A program made the translations under genes and the position numbers. A stretch of 64,000 nucleotides of DNA from a virus (lineage: Duplodnaviria > Heunggongvirae > Uroviricota > Caudoviricetes): IMG/VR virus record IMGVR_UViG_2791355477_000007. One strand, 5' to 3'. Under the pieces are notes generated by a model, which ran no database searches, was not told the DNA's origin, and was given only the letters and a program-made list of their open reading frames with translations. Below are positions 39,861 through 49,486 of this stretch, piece by piece. The first letter of the stretch is position 1; the number at the start of each line of letters is the position of its first letter.

Positions 39861-40166
39861 TTATTCTGATTTAGACATTTTAATACCTTCAAGTAATAGT
39901 ACAATTGCAGTAACTAAATGTAATAACCATCCTAAGAATGGAATAGCTCCTAAAACAGAGGCGATAATACCTACCACATTACCTCCAATCGAACATTCCT
40001 CCTTTTTACACATAACAATTGTTGCAATATGTAAAAGCAAAGCAATAAATAGTGGTATCCATAAGAAGCTCAAGATAAACGTTCCACCTACAATCGGAAT
40101 AGCAAAAAAGGCTTCTACTCCAAATGTAACCCACTTCAATGTTGTTGCAACAGGTGATTTCCTCAT
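39861..40166 (-). CDS. small membrane protein
   Basis: LKWVT.G.E...AIP.GG...AIPFLGW.LH. Confidence 0.75.
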   Translation of the reverse strand: MRKSPVATTLKWVTFGVEAFFAIPIVGGTFILSFLWIPLFIALLLHIATIVMCKKEECSIGGNVVGIIASVLGAIPFLGWLLHLVTAIVLLLEGIKMSKSE

Positions 40167-40429
40167 AGTATCCCTTCCCTTCTATAATGTTTTCTTTTTA
40201 TTATAGAAATAACATAAGAGTTTATAATGAAACCTATATCTTATACCCTCGAATACAAGAGTTGTAGCCACCATATAGCTATAACGTTTCAAGTTTTCAA
40301 TAGTACCTGTCACAATTTAGCTATAGGGTTTCATAAAAGTAGAGGTATCTTTGCCGAAGTAAGAAATAACATTAATGTTTGTTAAGTAGAAATCAACAGT
40401 TTATCGGTATTATATCAATAGAATTATAT

Positions 40430-40996
40430 TCATTCTTTAACCCCATTCAATAAACTTGCTTCATACATCTTGATATTTCGCTTGTGAAACTCCGCTTTAT
40501 CTAAACAAGCTTGATATAACGCTTGTTCTTTCTCTAATTTCATGCGAACAACACTTGCATTGGCTTGGTTATGCATTGCAACATTATCAATCTGCAAAAT
40601 CTCATATTCTTTTATACTTCCCGTTTCTTTTTCATAAGAAAATTTTAGTGCTTTAAAGAAGTGCAGTAAATTTACAAATCTATTTGGTGTTGGTTTTTCA
40701 TCTAACCTTTTTAATAGTCTCATAAATGTTTTCTTTTTATTTTTAGAAGTAATCACATACGAAAGCAATTCAATAAACGGCTGTTCAGCGACTCCTACCT
40801 CCATCCAATTATTATCTATTGAATCCTCTGCTCCCACTAATACATACAGTGTAGAGGGAGCAATAAATGGGAATTTATTTGGGCTTCTCTTATATTCTGC
40901 ATTTGCTCTATAAGCTGTTGTCGTATATCCACGTTTACATAGTTCAAAGACTGACTTTCTAAATACCTGATAAAAATATCGTCCTAATTCTTTCAT
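40430..40996 (-). CDS. hypothetical protein
   Basis: 188 aa ORF. Confidence 0.7.
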   Translation of the reverse strand: MKELGRYFYQVFRKSVFELCKRGYTTTAYRANAEYKRSPNKFPFIAPSTLYVLVGAEDSIDNNWMEVGVAEQPFIELLSYVITSKNKKKTFMRLLKRLDEKPTPNRFVNLLHFFKALKFSYEKETGSIKEYEILQIDNVAMHNQANASVVRMKLEKEQALYQACLDKAEFHKRNIKMYEASLLNGVKE

Positions 40997-41069
40997 CGTA
41001 TTTTCCTACCTTTTATCTTCTGTTTTTTAAAACCCATTATGTATTCCATCTGAATTATATGATATTATA

Positions 41070-41083
41070 TTAACTATAGTCAA
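41070..41083. promoter_or_regulatory. palindrome-family site between divergent genes
   Basis: TTAACTATAGTCAA; minus strand TTGACT-N18-TATAAT. Confidence 0.7.
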
Positions 41084-41105
41084 CGCAAAATAAAGGAGAG
41101 TTATA

Positions 41106-41666
41106 ATGAATCTAAAAAAAGTGATGGTATACGCTTGTTCAATTGGTACCTTACTTGCTCTGAACGGATGTGATTCTATCTCCACCGAGATAGATAACAA
41201 ACCACCCGTTGAAGAGAAAAAGGATATTACATATCAAAAATTTGAAAACATTTCAGCGACTATGACAAAAGCTATTTTGAATAGTATTGCTATAGGAGAT
41301 ACCAAAGAAATTCCTGACGTGAGAAATGCCTCAGTAATTGTAAACTCAGATGGCACAAAAACATACGCATTCTTAGTTCCTTATGATTTTACGGGAGAAG
41401 CAAAAGAAACAGACAATGCAAAAGGCAAGCATTACACAGAGTTAACTGTAAATGATTACAATGCATTTATTGATATTCTTGTTTCAAAAGAGATAACTAC
41501 AAAAAAACTTGTAATTAAGAGGATAGAAGAATCTCGCTATTTTGTTCAATACCTGGTTCCTGAAAAAGATGAGAAGCTACTCACTTCTACGCAAACACTT
41601 AAATATACAGTTTCAAATGGGAAAATATCAACTACTCATGCTATTAACACGTATCCATTAATCTAA
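41106..41666 (+). CDS. lipoprotein (paralog of 41685..42218)
   Basis: lipobox LNGC; shared TY.FLVPY motif. Confidence 0.8.
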   Translation: MNLKKVMVYACSIGTLLALNGCDSISTEIDNKPPVEEKKDITYQKFENISATMTKAILNSIAIGDTKEIPDVRNASVIVNSDGTKTYAFLVPYDFTGEAKETDNAKGKHYTELTVNDYNAFIDILVSKEITTKKLVIKRIEESRYFVQYLVPEKDEKLLTSTQTLKYTVSNGKISTTHAINTYPLI

Positions 41667-41684
41667 TAAAGGAGATTTAAAACA

Positions 41685-42218
41685 ATGAAAAGAAAATCCT
41701 TATTTTTAGCCATTTCAACCCTATCCCTCTTACTTATTAGTGGATGCGGAGATGACCTATCTAACGATGCAGAAAAAGAAATAAACAATTATACAAAGTA
41801 CGATAAAATGACTCGTGAGTTAACTCGCAAAGTTTTAGACACAATTCCTAAAGGGAAAGAGCGAACTTATACAGACATTCAGCATTCTTATATCATTTCG
41901 GATAATCAAGACAAAAGAACTTATCAATTTTTAGTTCCATACGAATTAACCAATGACACAAAATTTACAGATAATGACAAAATAAAACATTACGGATATC
42001 TTACTTTTTCTGAATCTAACTATTATATCGACATTTGCAGTTCACCAGATGTAAAAGAAAAACAACTCATTATTAAACACTTAGAGAATGGCGATTTTTC
42101 TATCCGATATATTCTCCCAGAAAACAGTCAACCACAGGTAGCATTTAGTGAAAGTAATACTACCGAATATAGAAGCGGAAAAAACTCAACAGGGACCATC
42201 ACTCATGCAGAACTATAA
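41685..42218 (+). CDS. lipoprotein (paralog of 41106..41666)
   Basis: lipobox ISGC; TYQFLVPY. Confidence 0.8.
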   Translation: MKRKSLFLAISTLSLLLISGCGDDLSNDAEKEINNYTKYDKMTRELTRKVLDTIPKGKERTYTDIQHSYIISDNQDKRTYQFLVPYELTNDTKFTDNDKIKHYGYLTFSESNYYIDICSSPDVKEKQLIIKHLENGDFSIRYILPENSQPQVAFSESNTTEYRSGKNSTGTITHAEL

Positions 42219-42347
42219 GAAAAACAACCAACAGACAGACTCTTCTTTTCGGGGTCTGTTTTTTATATTTCTTTTTATAAATACATATGATTTATAGAAC
42301 TTATAAAACAGGTAATCATTTAGATTCTATAAAAAGGAGACACTATC

Positions 42348-42848
42348 ATGACTTATGTATTCAACCATAATTTTCATTCATTTACAAAAGGAAGACTCTC
42401 ATTAAAACCTTTAAATTTAGATTTGGAATTTGATAAAGAGGTTTTTCAGTTTATACAAAGAAGGATTATGGAAGATATTTCATCTAAAAATATTTCAGTG
42501 ATTTATTTAAACGGAAAATTCATTGGCTTTCTTCAGTTAAAACCATACAATTCTATGCTATTTCAAAAGAATTATGGAGAAGATGACATGCCGTTTGATT
42601 TATCGTTCTTTCATGATGAAGAAAACACTGTAGTCATCGAAAATTTATTTTTGGCAAACAAACATCAAGGAAAAGGTATAGGAAATATTATCGTTCAGTT
42701 TTTAAAAGGTGTATTTGCAAGCAAAACACTATTACTCTACTCTTTATCTGAAGCAGAATCATTCTGGATGAGAATGGGATTTAAAGAGAATGATGATGAC
42801 TATGTATATTCATGGAACCACTCTCATGAATTAAAACAAATTGCATAA
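42348..42848 (+). CDS. GNAT-family acetyltransferase
   Basis: HQGKGIG and AESFWMRMGF motifs. Confidence 0.8.
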   Translation: MTYVFNHNFHSFTKGRLSLKPLNLDLEFDKEVFQFIQRRIMEDISSKNISVIYLNGKFIGFLQLKPYNSMLFQKNYGEDDMPFDLSFFHDEENTVVIENLFLANKHQGKGIGNIIVQFLKGVFASKTLLLYSLSEAESFWMRMGFKENDDDYVYSWNHSHELKQIA

Positions 42849-42900
42849 ACACAAGAAAGAGCAGACATTTTATCTGCTCTTTTATATATAATCAAAGATA

Positions 42901-43152
42901 CTATTTATAGATTACATCCTTACCCTTTCGAGTTAAAATCGCCCCAAAATAAGGAAGACGTTCTGCCCCATTATATGTAATTCCTGTTATCTTACTCAGT
43001 TCATTCATATTGTCTACAATCGTTAACAATTCACTATCTACCTTTTGTACTTCTCTTAGGTCTTTAGCAAGGAAAAAATCAAATATTGTTGCTCCACCAT
43101 CTATTTCTCTTAATGCTTGTACATGATTCGCCTGTAGTTCCATATAGTCCAA
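42901..43152 (-). CDS. hypothetical protein
   Basis: 83 aa ORF. Confidence 0.6.
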   Translation of the reverse strand: MDYMELQANHVQALREIDGGATIFDFFLAKDLREVQKVDSELLTIVDNMNELSKITGITYNGAERLPYFGAILTRKGKDVIYK

Positions 43153-43215
43153 CCTCTTTCCATTTTTATTTATAAAAAAATTGCGAAACTAATATTCACA
43201 CTTTTTACTATCCTA

Positions 43216-43797
43216 TTAGTTAGTTTTTAATACAGGAATCCCATCAAGATTAGATTCTTTTAATCTATTCCACACTTCAATAAATTCCGGTTCATAAACA
43301 AAACCATCTCGACTATTTCTAACTACAACATTCTGTAGTTTAAATTCATCTAACACTCCATTTTCATCATAAATACAATCATCACCAGGCTCCATCGAAC
43401 CAAAATTATAAGATGATGCTTCATGGATTGTTAAAACTCCTTCGTTGAACTCAAAAGAACTTTCTTTTACATCGCTAAATGCCATCGCTTCAGGGTCTTC
43501 TTTTGATAACCATAAAGTTTTTAACTCTCTTTCTTTACCTATACCACCTAATGTCACAGGATGAACCAATTGTATCTTTACAAGGAAAACTCGTTTATTT
43601 TCTGTTTTTATTTGAAACCATTTTCCGTCAATCACACTTCGCAGAAACTCCTGTTTATCCGCCTGTTCTATCATACCCTTAATTTGCTTATATCCTGATT
43701 TAACTTCTTCTCTTGTTTCATCAGTAATATCCGCATCAATATAATGCTCAAACACATAGTCTAATATATGTAATAATTCTTGGTTACTTTTTTTCAT
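43216..43797 (-). CDS. hypothetical protein
   Basis: AAGGAG RBS. Confidence 0.75.
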   Translation of the reverse strand: MKKSNQELLHILDYVFEHYIDADITDETREEVKSGYKQIKGMIEQADKQEFLRSVIDGKWFQIKTENKRVFLVKIQLVHPVTLGGIGKERELKTLWLSKEDPEAMAFSDVKESSFEFNEGVLTIHEASSYNFGSMEPGDDCIYDENGVLDEFKLQNVVVRNSRDGFVYEPEFIEVWNRLKESNLDGIPVLKTN

Positions 43798-43876
43798 AGA
43801 ATAAAACTCCTTTTTATTTATCTTCTCTTATTATATCAATAATAAAATAATATTACATATCTATTACTTTCCGTTC

Positions 43877-44383
43877 TTATTCCTCTTCACCTTCCATCCC
43901 CTCTAATATTTTTTGCTCTTCCCAATAACATTCTTCGCATAAGTTATCTTCATAACCTATACATGCTCTACTATACAATCTTTCGCATGTACAACATTCT
44001 TTTAGTTCAAAGATATCTAATATCCATTTCATTAATTTCTTTCCTATTTCATCAAACTGTTCGAACTCTTCAAACTTATCATTTTTGTAATTTGCACATA
44101 TATAAATTTTCCCTTGCTCCTTATACTTTACAAATCTAAAATAAGATGGCTCTTGTAAGGTGATAGGACCAAATAATTCTAACGCCTTATCATCTTCTTT
44201 TAGTTCTTTTAATTTTTGCAATAGATTTATACCCATCAAAACATCTTCATAAGAAACAATTCGCACCTCACCATTTTTTAACGTGAAATAAAATCCATGA
44301 TTATCCAAATTCAATTCTACATCCATGCCTATTTCTTTAGCTATTGTATTGATTTTTTTTACATCAAACATTTTGTTATTCAT
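43877..44383 (-). CDS. hypothetical protein with C-terminal CxxC/CxxC
   Basis: AAGGGGAG RBS; N-terminus resembles the phosphatase N-terminus (FD..K...AxxxG). Confidence 0.7.
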   Translation of the reverse strand: MNNKMFDVKKINTIAKEIGMDVELNLDNHGFYFTLKNGEVRIVSYEDVLMGINLLQKLKELKEDDKALELFGPITLQEPSYFRFVKYKEQGKIYICANYKNDKFEEFEQFDEIGKKLMKWILDIFELKECCTCERLYSRACIGYEDNLCEECYWEEQKILEGMEGEEE

Positions 44384-44569
44384 TTTATAAACTCCCCTTT
44401 TTAAATAATTGATTTTCAATACCTCTTTTATAATCTGTCTCTTTATTTTAGATTGCTAACCAATAAGCTATAACTACTCAGCATAAATAAAAACCCACTA
44501 TCATTCAGTGAGTTTTTTAATTTATATTTGTTTCTTTTTTCATGCTTAGTATAAATATAAAGTTAATTT

Positions 44570-44730
44570 AGTGAGGATAACATGAAGTTTTTATATAAGT
44601 ATGTACCTTAGCTTGTTGCAATGCCATCGGATTGCTTTTCTAATAACACTTAGTTCCCTTTATACTTTCATATCTCAATAGCATAGTTAATTAGAACGGT
44701 TTTTCTAATAACACTTAGTTCCCTTTATAC
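44570..44730 (-). CRISPR. orphan mini-CRISPR array: 2 identical 30-bp repeats, 1 degenerate terminal repeat, 2 spacers
   Basis: GTATAAAGGGAACTAAGTGTTATTAGAAAA at 44701-44730 and 44636-44665; 35-bp spacer; degenerate copy 44570-44599 at a 66-bp period. Confidence 0.75.
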
Positions 44731-44885
44731 CCCTTATACAAAAGCCAATGATAATAAGCTTTTGCAGAACACTTTTGCAGTGAATCCTTAGTTATGTTTT
44801 TATAAAAACACGAAAAATACTCAAGAATCCTTATATCTAAAGAGTTCTTTTATTTTTAATCTATTTTTAGATTTACTGCATTTTT
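44731..44885 (-). promoter_or_regulatory. CRISPR leader
   Basis: AT-rich; TGCAGTAAATC...GATTCACTGCA inverted repeat, ends GGG next to repeat 1, as in Firmicutes I-B leaders. Confidence 0.6.
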
Positions 44886-44887
44886 AC

Positions 44888-45967
44888 TTATTCCGATAAA
44901 GGATAATTCTCTCTTTTTTGCGTCTCTCCAAATAGCATATCAATAAATGTATTTACCAAGTATCTATCAATTGGAGAACCTGCTGATTGTGGATGTCCAC
45001 CTCCACGGAATACATAAGCAATATCATTTCCAATATGGATATCATCTCTTACACCTCGATAACTAATTGTTCGAGATGGATTAATAATAATGATAAAATC
45101 CAAATCAGGTCTTCTTTCAGCTAAAACATTTCCTAATTCAGAATGATACTGTTCCGCAAAAATAACTCCTGCTGAATGTCCCAAAATATTCTTTTCAATG
45201 ATTGTTTGTTCTTTACCATTAATATAATTTTCAATTCGTTTTTCTTCGATTTGAATAATTGTTAATTCTAATTGATTAAACTTATATTCTGTTTGTAGTT
45301 TCTCCAATACTAATCCCTCAAATTTCTTACGACCATATAAATATAGCAATGCATTCCATCTATTGGGCTCAATATCATCATACACTTTATGCCATTCCCA
45401 AGTATCATATCTTCGAACAGATTCAACAAATTTCTTAACAGCCTTTAGATTAGCATTGAACTTTACATTTTGAGACATGAAGTATTCAAACAATAATGAT
45501 GTAGCAGATGTTTTAGCGTCCATTCTTTCATCTACAGGTTTAGAAAAGCTCGTTTTAGAGGTCGCTGATTCAATCAAAGCCCATTCGTATTCAAGAATCC
45601 ATGGTCGCTTCTCTGTTGAATGATGGTCAATATAAATGACAATGATTTCCTTATTCTTGTGTAACTTATCTAACGCCTTACAGTTCTCCTCACTAATAAA
45701 AATATCTGTGATAAAAACAACATCATATTTCTTGTAAGAGCCATTGGTAATAAACGTCTGAACTTCCTCATCTACTCGCTTATAATCTAAATAACGAACG
45801 TTCCTGTTCTTAAATGCTAATTTTGTTAAAATGCCACAACCAACCCCATCATAGTCATTATGAGAAAAGTGTTTTACTCGTAGTTCTTTTAATAAATGAA
45901 ATGGTAAATCTGCTAACACATTAAATGGTAAATTTGCTGTCACATTAACTGGTAATTTTACTAACAT
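44888..45967 (-). CDS. nrnB: DHH-family phosphoesterase, NrnB-like oligoribonuclease
   Basis: HNDYDG, ITD, IDHH, YDTWEW, GGGHPQSAG. Confidence 0.85.
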   Translation of the reverse strand: MLVKLPVNVTANLPFNVLADLPFHLLKELRVKHFSHNDYDGVGCGILTKLAFKNRNVRYLDYKRVDEEVQTFITNGSYKKYDVVFITDIFISEENCKALDKLHKNKEIIVIYIDHHSTEKRPWILEYEWALIESATSKTSFSKPVDERMDAKTSATSLLFEYFMSQNVKFNANLKAVKKFVESVRRYDTWEWHKVYDDIEPNRWNALLYLYGRKKFEGLVLEKLQTEYKFNQLELTIIQIEEKRIENYINGKEQTIIEKNILGHSAGVIFAEQYHSELGNVLAERRPDLDFIIIINPSRTISYRGVRDDIHIGNDIAYVFRGGGHPQSAGSPIDRYLVNTFIDMLFGETQKRENYPLSE

Positions 45968-46027
45968 ATGAAATCTCTCCTAAAATTATTATTTATTTTA
46001 TGACAAGTATCTTAGCAACATCTTCTC

Positions 46028-46055
46028 ATTTACATTGACTATAGTCAATGTAAAT
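46028..46055. promoter_or_regulatory. perfect 28-bp palindrome containing the consensus site
   Basis: ATTTACATTGACTA/TAGTCAATGTAAAT. Confidence 0.8.
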
Positions 46056-46064
46056 ATATAACCA

Positions 46065-47399
46065 TTATGCTATTTGTTCCGTTTCTCTGATAAAAGGTAT
46101 AAATAGGTCAAATAAAATTTTATTAATATCCTCTATATCCCAAAATGGTATTCTAAACATTCTAATCCCATTTACCTTACAATAATTATTTTTTATCTCA
46201 TCTCGTTTTTGCAAAGTTTCAAAAGCTTTTTTCCCACCAAAAATAGAGACTGGCGTAATATGTTGTTGCCCATCATATTCAATTACGGCCACAAGATTAT
46301 TATTACTGAAAATACCAAAGTCAAATCTCAAGTCTCTTTTGTATCTACATCCTTCTGCAATATATTGGGATTCATAAACGATATTATGCTCTTGTAAGAA
46401 TTTTTCTATCTCTTTTTCCCCTTTGCTTGCTCTACATTTCGGGCATCTTCTACCTGCAAAAAAATTATGAGGTGTACTGTCCCATATATGACCGCATTCA
46501 TTATGTTTTAAAGACACATGAGTTTTAACATCAATATATTTACCTATAACACTGTATTTGTCGCCTTCTAACCGATAAATATCAGATACAAACTCTGCGT
46601 GTGTTTTCCGTTTTTTGATATTAGCCTTTTTAGATGAACATTTAGAACAACGACAACCTTTTGAAAAATTATTAGGTGCAATTTCAACTATTTCACCACA
46701 TTTTCTGTGCAACATTCTTATTTTTATCTTATTGTTTATATACTCACCAACAACTATATATTCATCACCAACTATTTGATTTACTTTCTTTTTAAAATCT
46801 TTTATCCCTTTTTGTTTAGAATTGCATTCTGGACATCTGCTATTATTTGTTAAAAAGTTCTTAGGTGTGACTAACCACTCATTACCACATGTAGTGTGTT
46901 GCATTAATATCTTTTCTCTATTATTTTTATAAGTTCCTAAAACTTTATATTCATTTTTAACATTTTCATAGACTTCTTTTATGAAATCCGCATGTGTTTT
47001 TTTATATCTTTTGATTTGTTTACTATTACAAGTTGTACATCCCTTGCATTTTTTTAAATTCAAAGGTGTAAATGCCCACTCCCTGCCACAAACCAAGTGT
47101 TTCATTTTTACTTTTGTGCGATTATTAATATATTCTCCGATAACAACATACTCATCGCCCCACTGATTTAAAACATCTTTTTGGAATTGCTCTTTTGTCT
47201 TTCTACCTTTTCCACAGTGAGAACATTTACTCCTATGCAAAAATTGATACGGAAATACATCCCATTCATGATTACAAAGTAAGTGTTTTATTCTTATTTT
47301 TTCTTTACTTCCCTTATAAGTTCCTATAACAACATAATCATTTCCTACAAAGGTTTTAACCTCTTTAACAAATTCTTCATGTGTCTTTTTCTTTGTCAT
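46065..47399 (-). CDS. free-standing putative homing endonuclease: 5 zinc-binding repeats plus Vsr/DUF559-like nuclease domain
   Basis: repeated Y.V.G.Y......H..CG..W...P..F...CxxC; SKGE, LRFDF, IEYDGQQH, RDEIKN.YC. Confidence 0.8.
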   Translation of the reverse strand: MTKKKTHEEFVKEVKTFVGNDYVVIGTYKGSKEKIRIKHLLCNHEWDVFPYQFLHRSKCSHCGKGRKTKEQFQKDVLNQWGDEYVVIGEYINNRTKVKMKHLVCGREWAFTPLNLKKCKGCTTCNSKQIKRYKKTHADFIKEVYENVKNEYKVLGTYKNNREKILMQHTTCGNEWLVTPKNFLTNNSRCPECNSKQKGIKDFKKKVNQIVGDEYIVVGEYINNKIKIRMLHRKCGEIVEIAPNNFSKGCRCSKCSSKKANIKKRKTHAEFVSDIYRLEGDKYSVIGKYIDVKTHVSLKHNECGHIWDSTPHNFFAGRRCPKCRASKGEKEIEKFLQEHNIVYESQYIAEGCRYKRDLRFDFGIFSNNNLVAVIEYDGQQHITPVSIFGGKKAFETLQKRDEIKNNYCKVNGIRMFRIPFWDIEDINKILFDLFIPFIRETEQIA

Positions 47400-47406
47400 A
47401 CGTAAC

Positions 47407-47646
47407 TCATTCTTTCTTACACCATGTTTTTTCTTTATCTACTGGAACCACTTCTGAATAATCAACATCCATTTGTAGAGATTGATGATTCCCCCGTAAG
47501 TCTATAGCACCTGAAGCAACTAATCTCTCTTCGTAACAGTGAGAGCAGAATGGGTTGATTCTATATGTTCTATCATTGACATTCACTTCTCTATCACAAA
47601 ACTTACAATTGAATCGTTTCTCCTTGAATGTTGTTGTTATCTTCAT
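47407..47646 (-). CDS. small zinc-finger protein
   Basis: CKFC...CSHC; GAGGTGG RBS. Confidence 0.6.
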   Translation of the reverse strand: MKITTTFKEKRFNCKFCDREVNVNDRTYRINPFCSHCYEERLVASGAIDLRGNHQSLQMDVDYSEVVPVDKEKTWCKKE

Positions 47647-47659
47647 AACTTCCACCTCT

Positions 47660-47977
47660 TTAATTCTCTTCTTCTTGCTTCCACGGAAACCCAACTATAT
47701 CTTCTGGAACCCCCCATTTTTTATAATGCGAATGAAGTTTCCTTAGATGCAAACTTACTTTTTTTTGAATTCTCTCTGTAAATATTTGAGAAGAAAATGG
47801 ATTTCGTAGTAAGTAAAAATGATGTGATTTATCTTCTTTATTGAAGACATTACATGTTTTTAAAAGAACCCTATAGATAAGTCCATATGGTTCAAAGCTA
47901 ACTTCTACTCCATACTCTTCTTTTTTATCAAAATAAAAAACAGAGTGATAAATTGTATTTTTCTTATTCCCTCTCAT
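47660..47977 (-). CDS. hypothetical protein
   Basis: AAGGAG RBS. Confidence 0.6.
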   Translation of the reverse strand: MRGNKKNTIYHSVFYFDKKEEYGVEVSFEPYGLIYRVLLKTCNVFNKEDKSHHFYLLRNPFSSQIFTERIQKKVSLHLRKLHSHYKKWGVPEDIVGFPWKQEEEN

Positions 47978-48089
47978 GATTCTTTGCTCCTTTTATATAC
48001 ATAAAGAAAGCTACTGTTCTTATTATTCATCTCGCAGAAGTTTCTATTTTATTGCATCTTAGGAAAAGTACCTTTCTTCTTTTAATACA

Positions 48090-48518
48090 TTACTGACAAA
48101 ACCCAATCCCATATTCAATGCCTTTCTTTTCTTTATCTTCCCATGCGGAGACATCTACATTTTTCGTTTTTAGTGCACATAAACACAAAGCTAATTGCCA
48201 AACAGTTGCTTCTGCTGTCCACTTCCGTCCACCTTCCCTATCCTCAACTATTTCAACAATGGTATGATGTTCCCTAATCCTGTATGTATTTACCATGTAT
48301 CCCATACCTAATAGCATGGATGCGAATTTTATACCATCACCTTCATTAGAGGCAGGACCCCAGAAGTTTGTAGGCTCCATCTTGTCACCTTTTTCATCTA
48401 CCCAAAACTCTGCATAATAAGGAAGTCCTTGGTCATTGTTAGGAACTGTTCTTTTTGTCCAATTTAAACAACGTTCCACAACCAATGCATTTACATGTTT
48501 ATATTGTCCTTGTTCCAT
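48090..48518 (-). CDS. phage ABA-sandwich-like protein
   Basis: VVERCLNW...FWGP...ALCLCAL; paralog of 4138..4551. Confidence 0.6.
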   Translation of the reverse strand: MEQGQYKHVNALVVERCLNWTKRTVPNNDQGLPYYAEFWVDEKGDKMEPTNFWGPASNEGDGIKFASMLLGMGYMVNTYRIREHHTIVEIVEDREGGRKWTAEATVWQLALCLCALKTKNVDVSAWEDKEKKGIEYGIGFCQ

Positions 48519-48535
48519 GAATTCTCACTCCATTT

Positions 48536-48961
48536 TTATAATGTTTCCGTTCGATTTCTAAAGACTAATTCACATGTATCAGCATCAATTACTTCGAGTC
48601 TTAATTGCGGTGTGCTCCATGCATTTGTATAATCTGTAAAATACTCTGTTACACACTCTAATCGAGAAAGTGTTGTCCCTGAATTCAACCAAAACTTCCC
48701 GTTTTTCTTTTTTCGAACATCACGAACATGTTCAATCAATGCGTCTTCATTATGCTCAAGAGAATTTACAAATTTCAGCATTTGTTCAATATCACGTAAA
48801 GATTCTTCTTTCGTTGCATATTCATCAACTTCATGTAATTTCATAAATAGTTCTTCTGCCTCTTGTACTTCTGCCTTCTTTAATTCCAGGTCTTTTTTTA
48901 TACCTTCAAAATCAGCAACAACTGTAAGAGGTACCTCATTAATAACCACTTCAATATTCAT
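48536..48961 (-). CDS. hypothetical protein
   Basis: 141 aa ORF; KKKNGKF motif. Confidence 0.7.
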   Translation of the reverse strand: MNIEVVINEVPLTVVADFEGIKKDLELKKAEVQEAEELFMKLHEVDEYATKEESLRDIEQMLKFVNSLEHNEDALIEHVRDVRKKKNGKFWLNSGTTLSRLECVTEYFTDYTNAWSTPQLRLEVIDADTCELVFRNRTETL

Positions 48962-48986
48962 ATCGTTACAACCACCTTTTCTATTT

Positions 48987-49205
48987 TTATAAATGATATT
49001 CTTCCTTTAATTCTCTTAAGGATTGAAGCATCATGGAGAATGTTTCGTTCATTCGAGAAGGCTCATTTTTTAGTAATCTACTAAGCTCCTCTTTAATCTC
49101 CTGTGATTTCCCCTCATATCTCTTTTGATTATTTAGAACATCCTTTTCAAGTTTTTCGGGATGATATTCATATTTACTCGAACCCATATTTGACGATTTT
49201 TTCAT
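48987..49205 (-). CDS. hypothetical protein
   Basis: 72 aa ORF within the operon. Confidence 0.6.
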   Translation of the reverse strand: MKKSSNMGSSKYEYHPEKLEKDVLNNQKRYEGKSQEIKEELSRLLKNEPSRMNETFSMMLQSLRELKEEYHL

Positions 49206-49218
49206 ATATACAAACCTT

Positions 49219-49470
49219 CTATTTATTTAATTGTTTAATTGTTTCTTTTACTTTCTCCCAAAGAGCATGAATATCATCTGACTCTTCAAACAAAACTACA
49301 CCTTGTCTTTCCAAGAATTCTTTCATTTTCTTCGGTGTACATGCCTTAGAAACTTGTTTATCCATAGATTCTGGATTTCTATAATTCCTATGACCCATGA
49401 ATTTAATAGCAAACCATGCATAATCATAAGCATTTAATTCATGTAGTTGTTCAATCGTAATGTTTTTCAT
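49219..49470 (-). CDS. hypothetical protein
   Basis: GAGGATG RBS. Confidence 0.65.
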   Translation of the reverse strand: MKNITIEQLHELNAYDYAWFAIKFMGHRNYRNPESMDKQVSKACTPKKMKEFLERQGVVLFEESDDIHALWEKVKETIKQLNK

Positions 49471-49486
49471 AATACATCCTCTTCCT

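Noticed and set aside
44666-44700. Spacer 1 shares ATAGTTAATTA with the palindrome site at 24946, suggesting crRNA-guided control of the regulon
   Set aside because: Only about 11 AT-rich bases match and the TTGAC half is absent; this is expected by chance. No full protospacer for either spacer was noticed in the window by eye.
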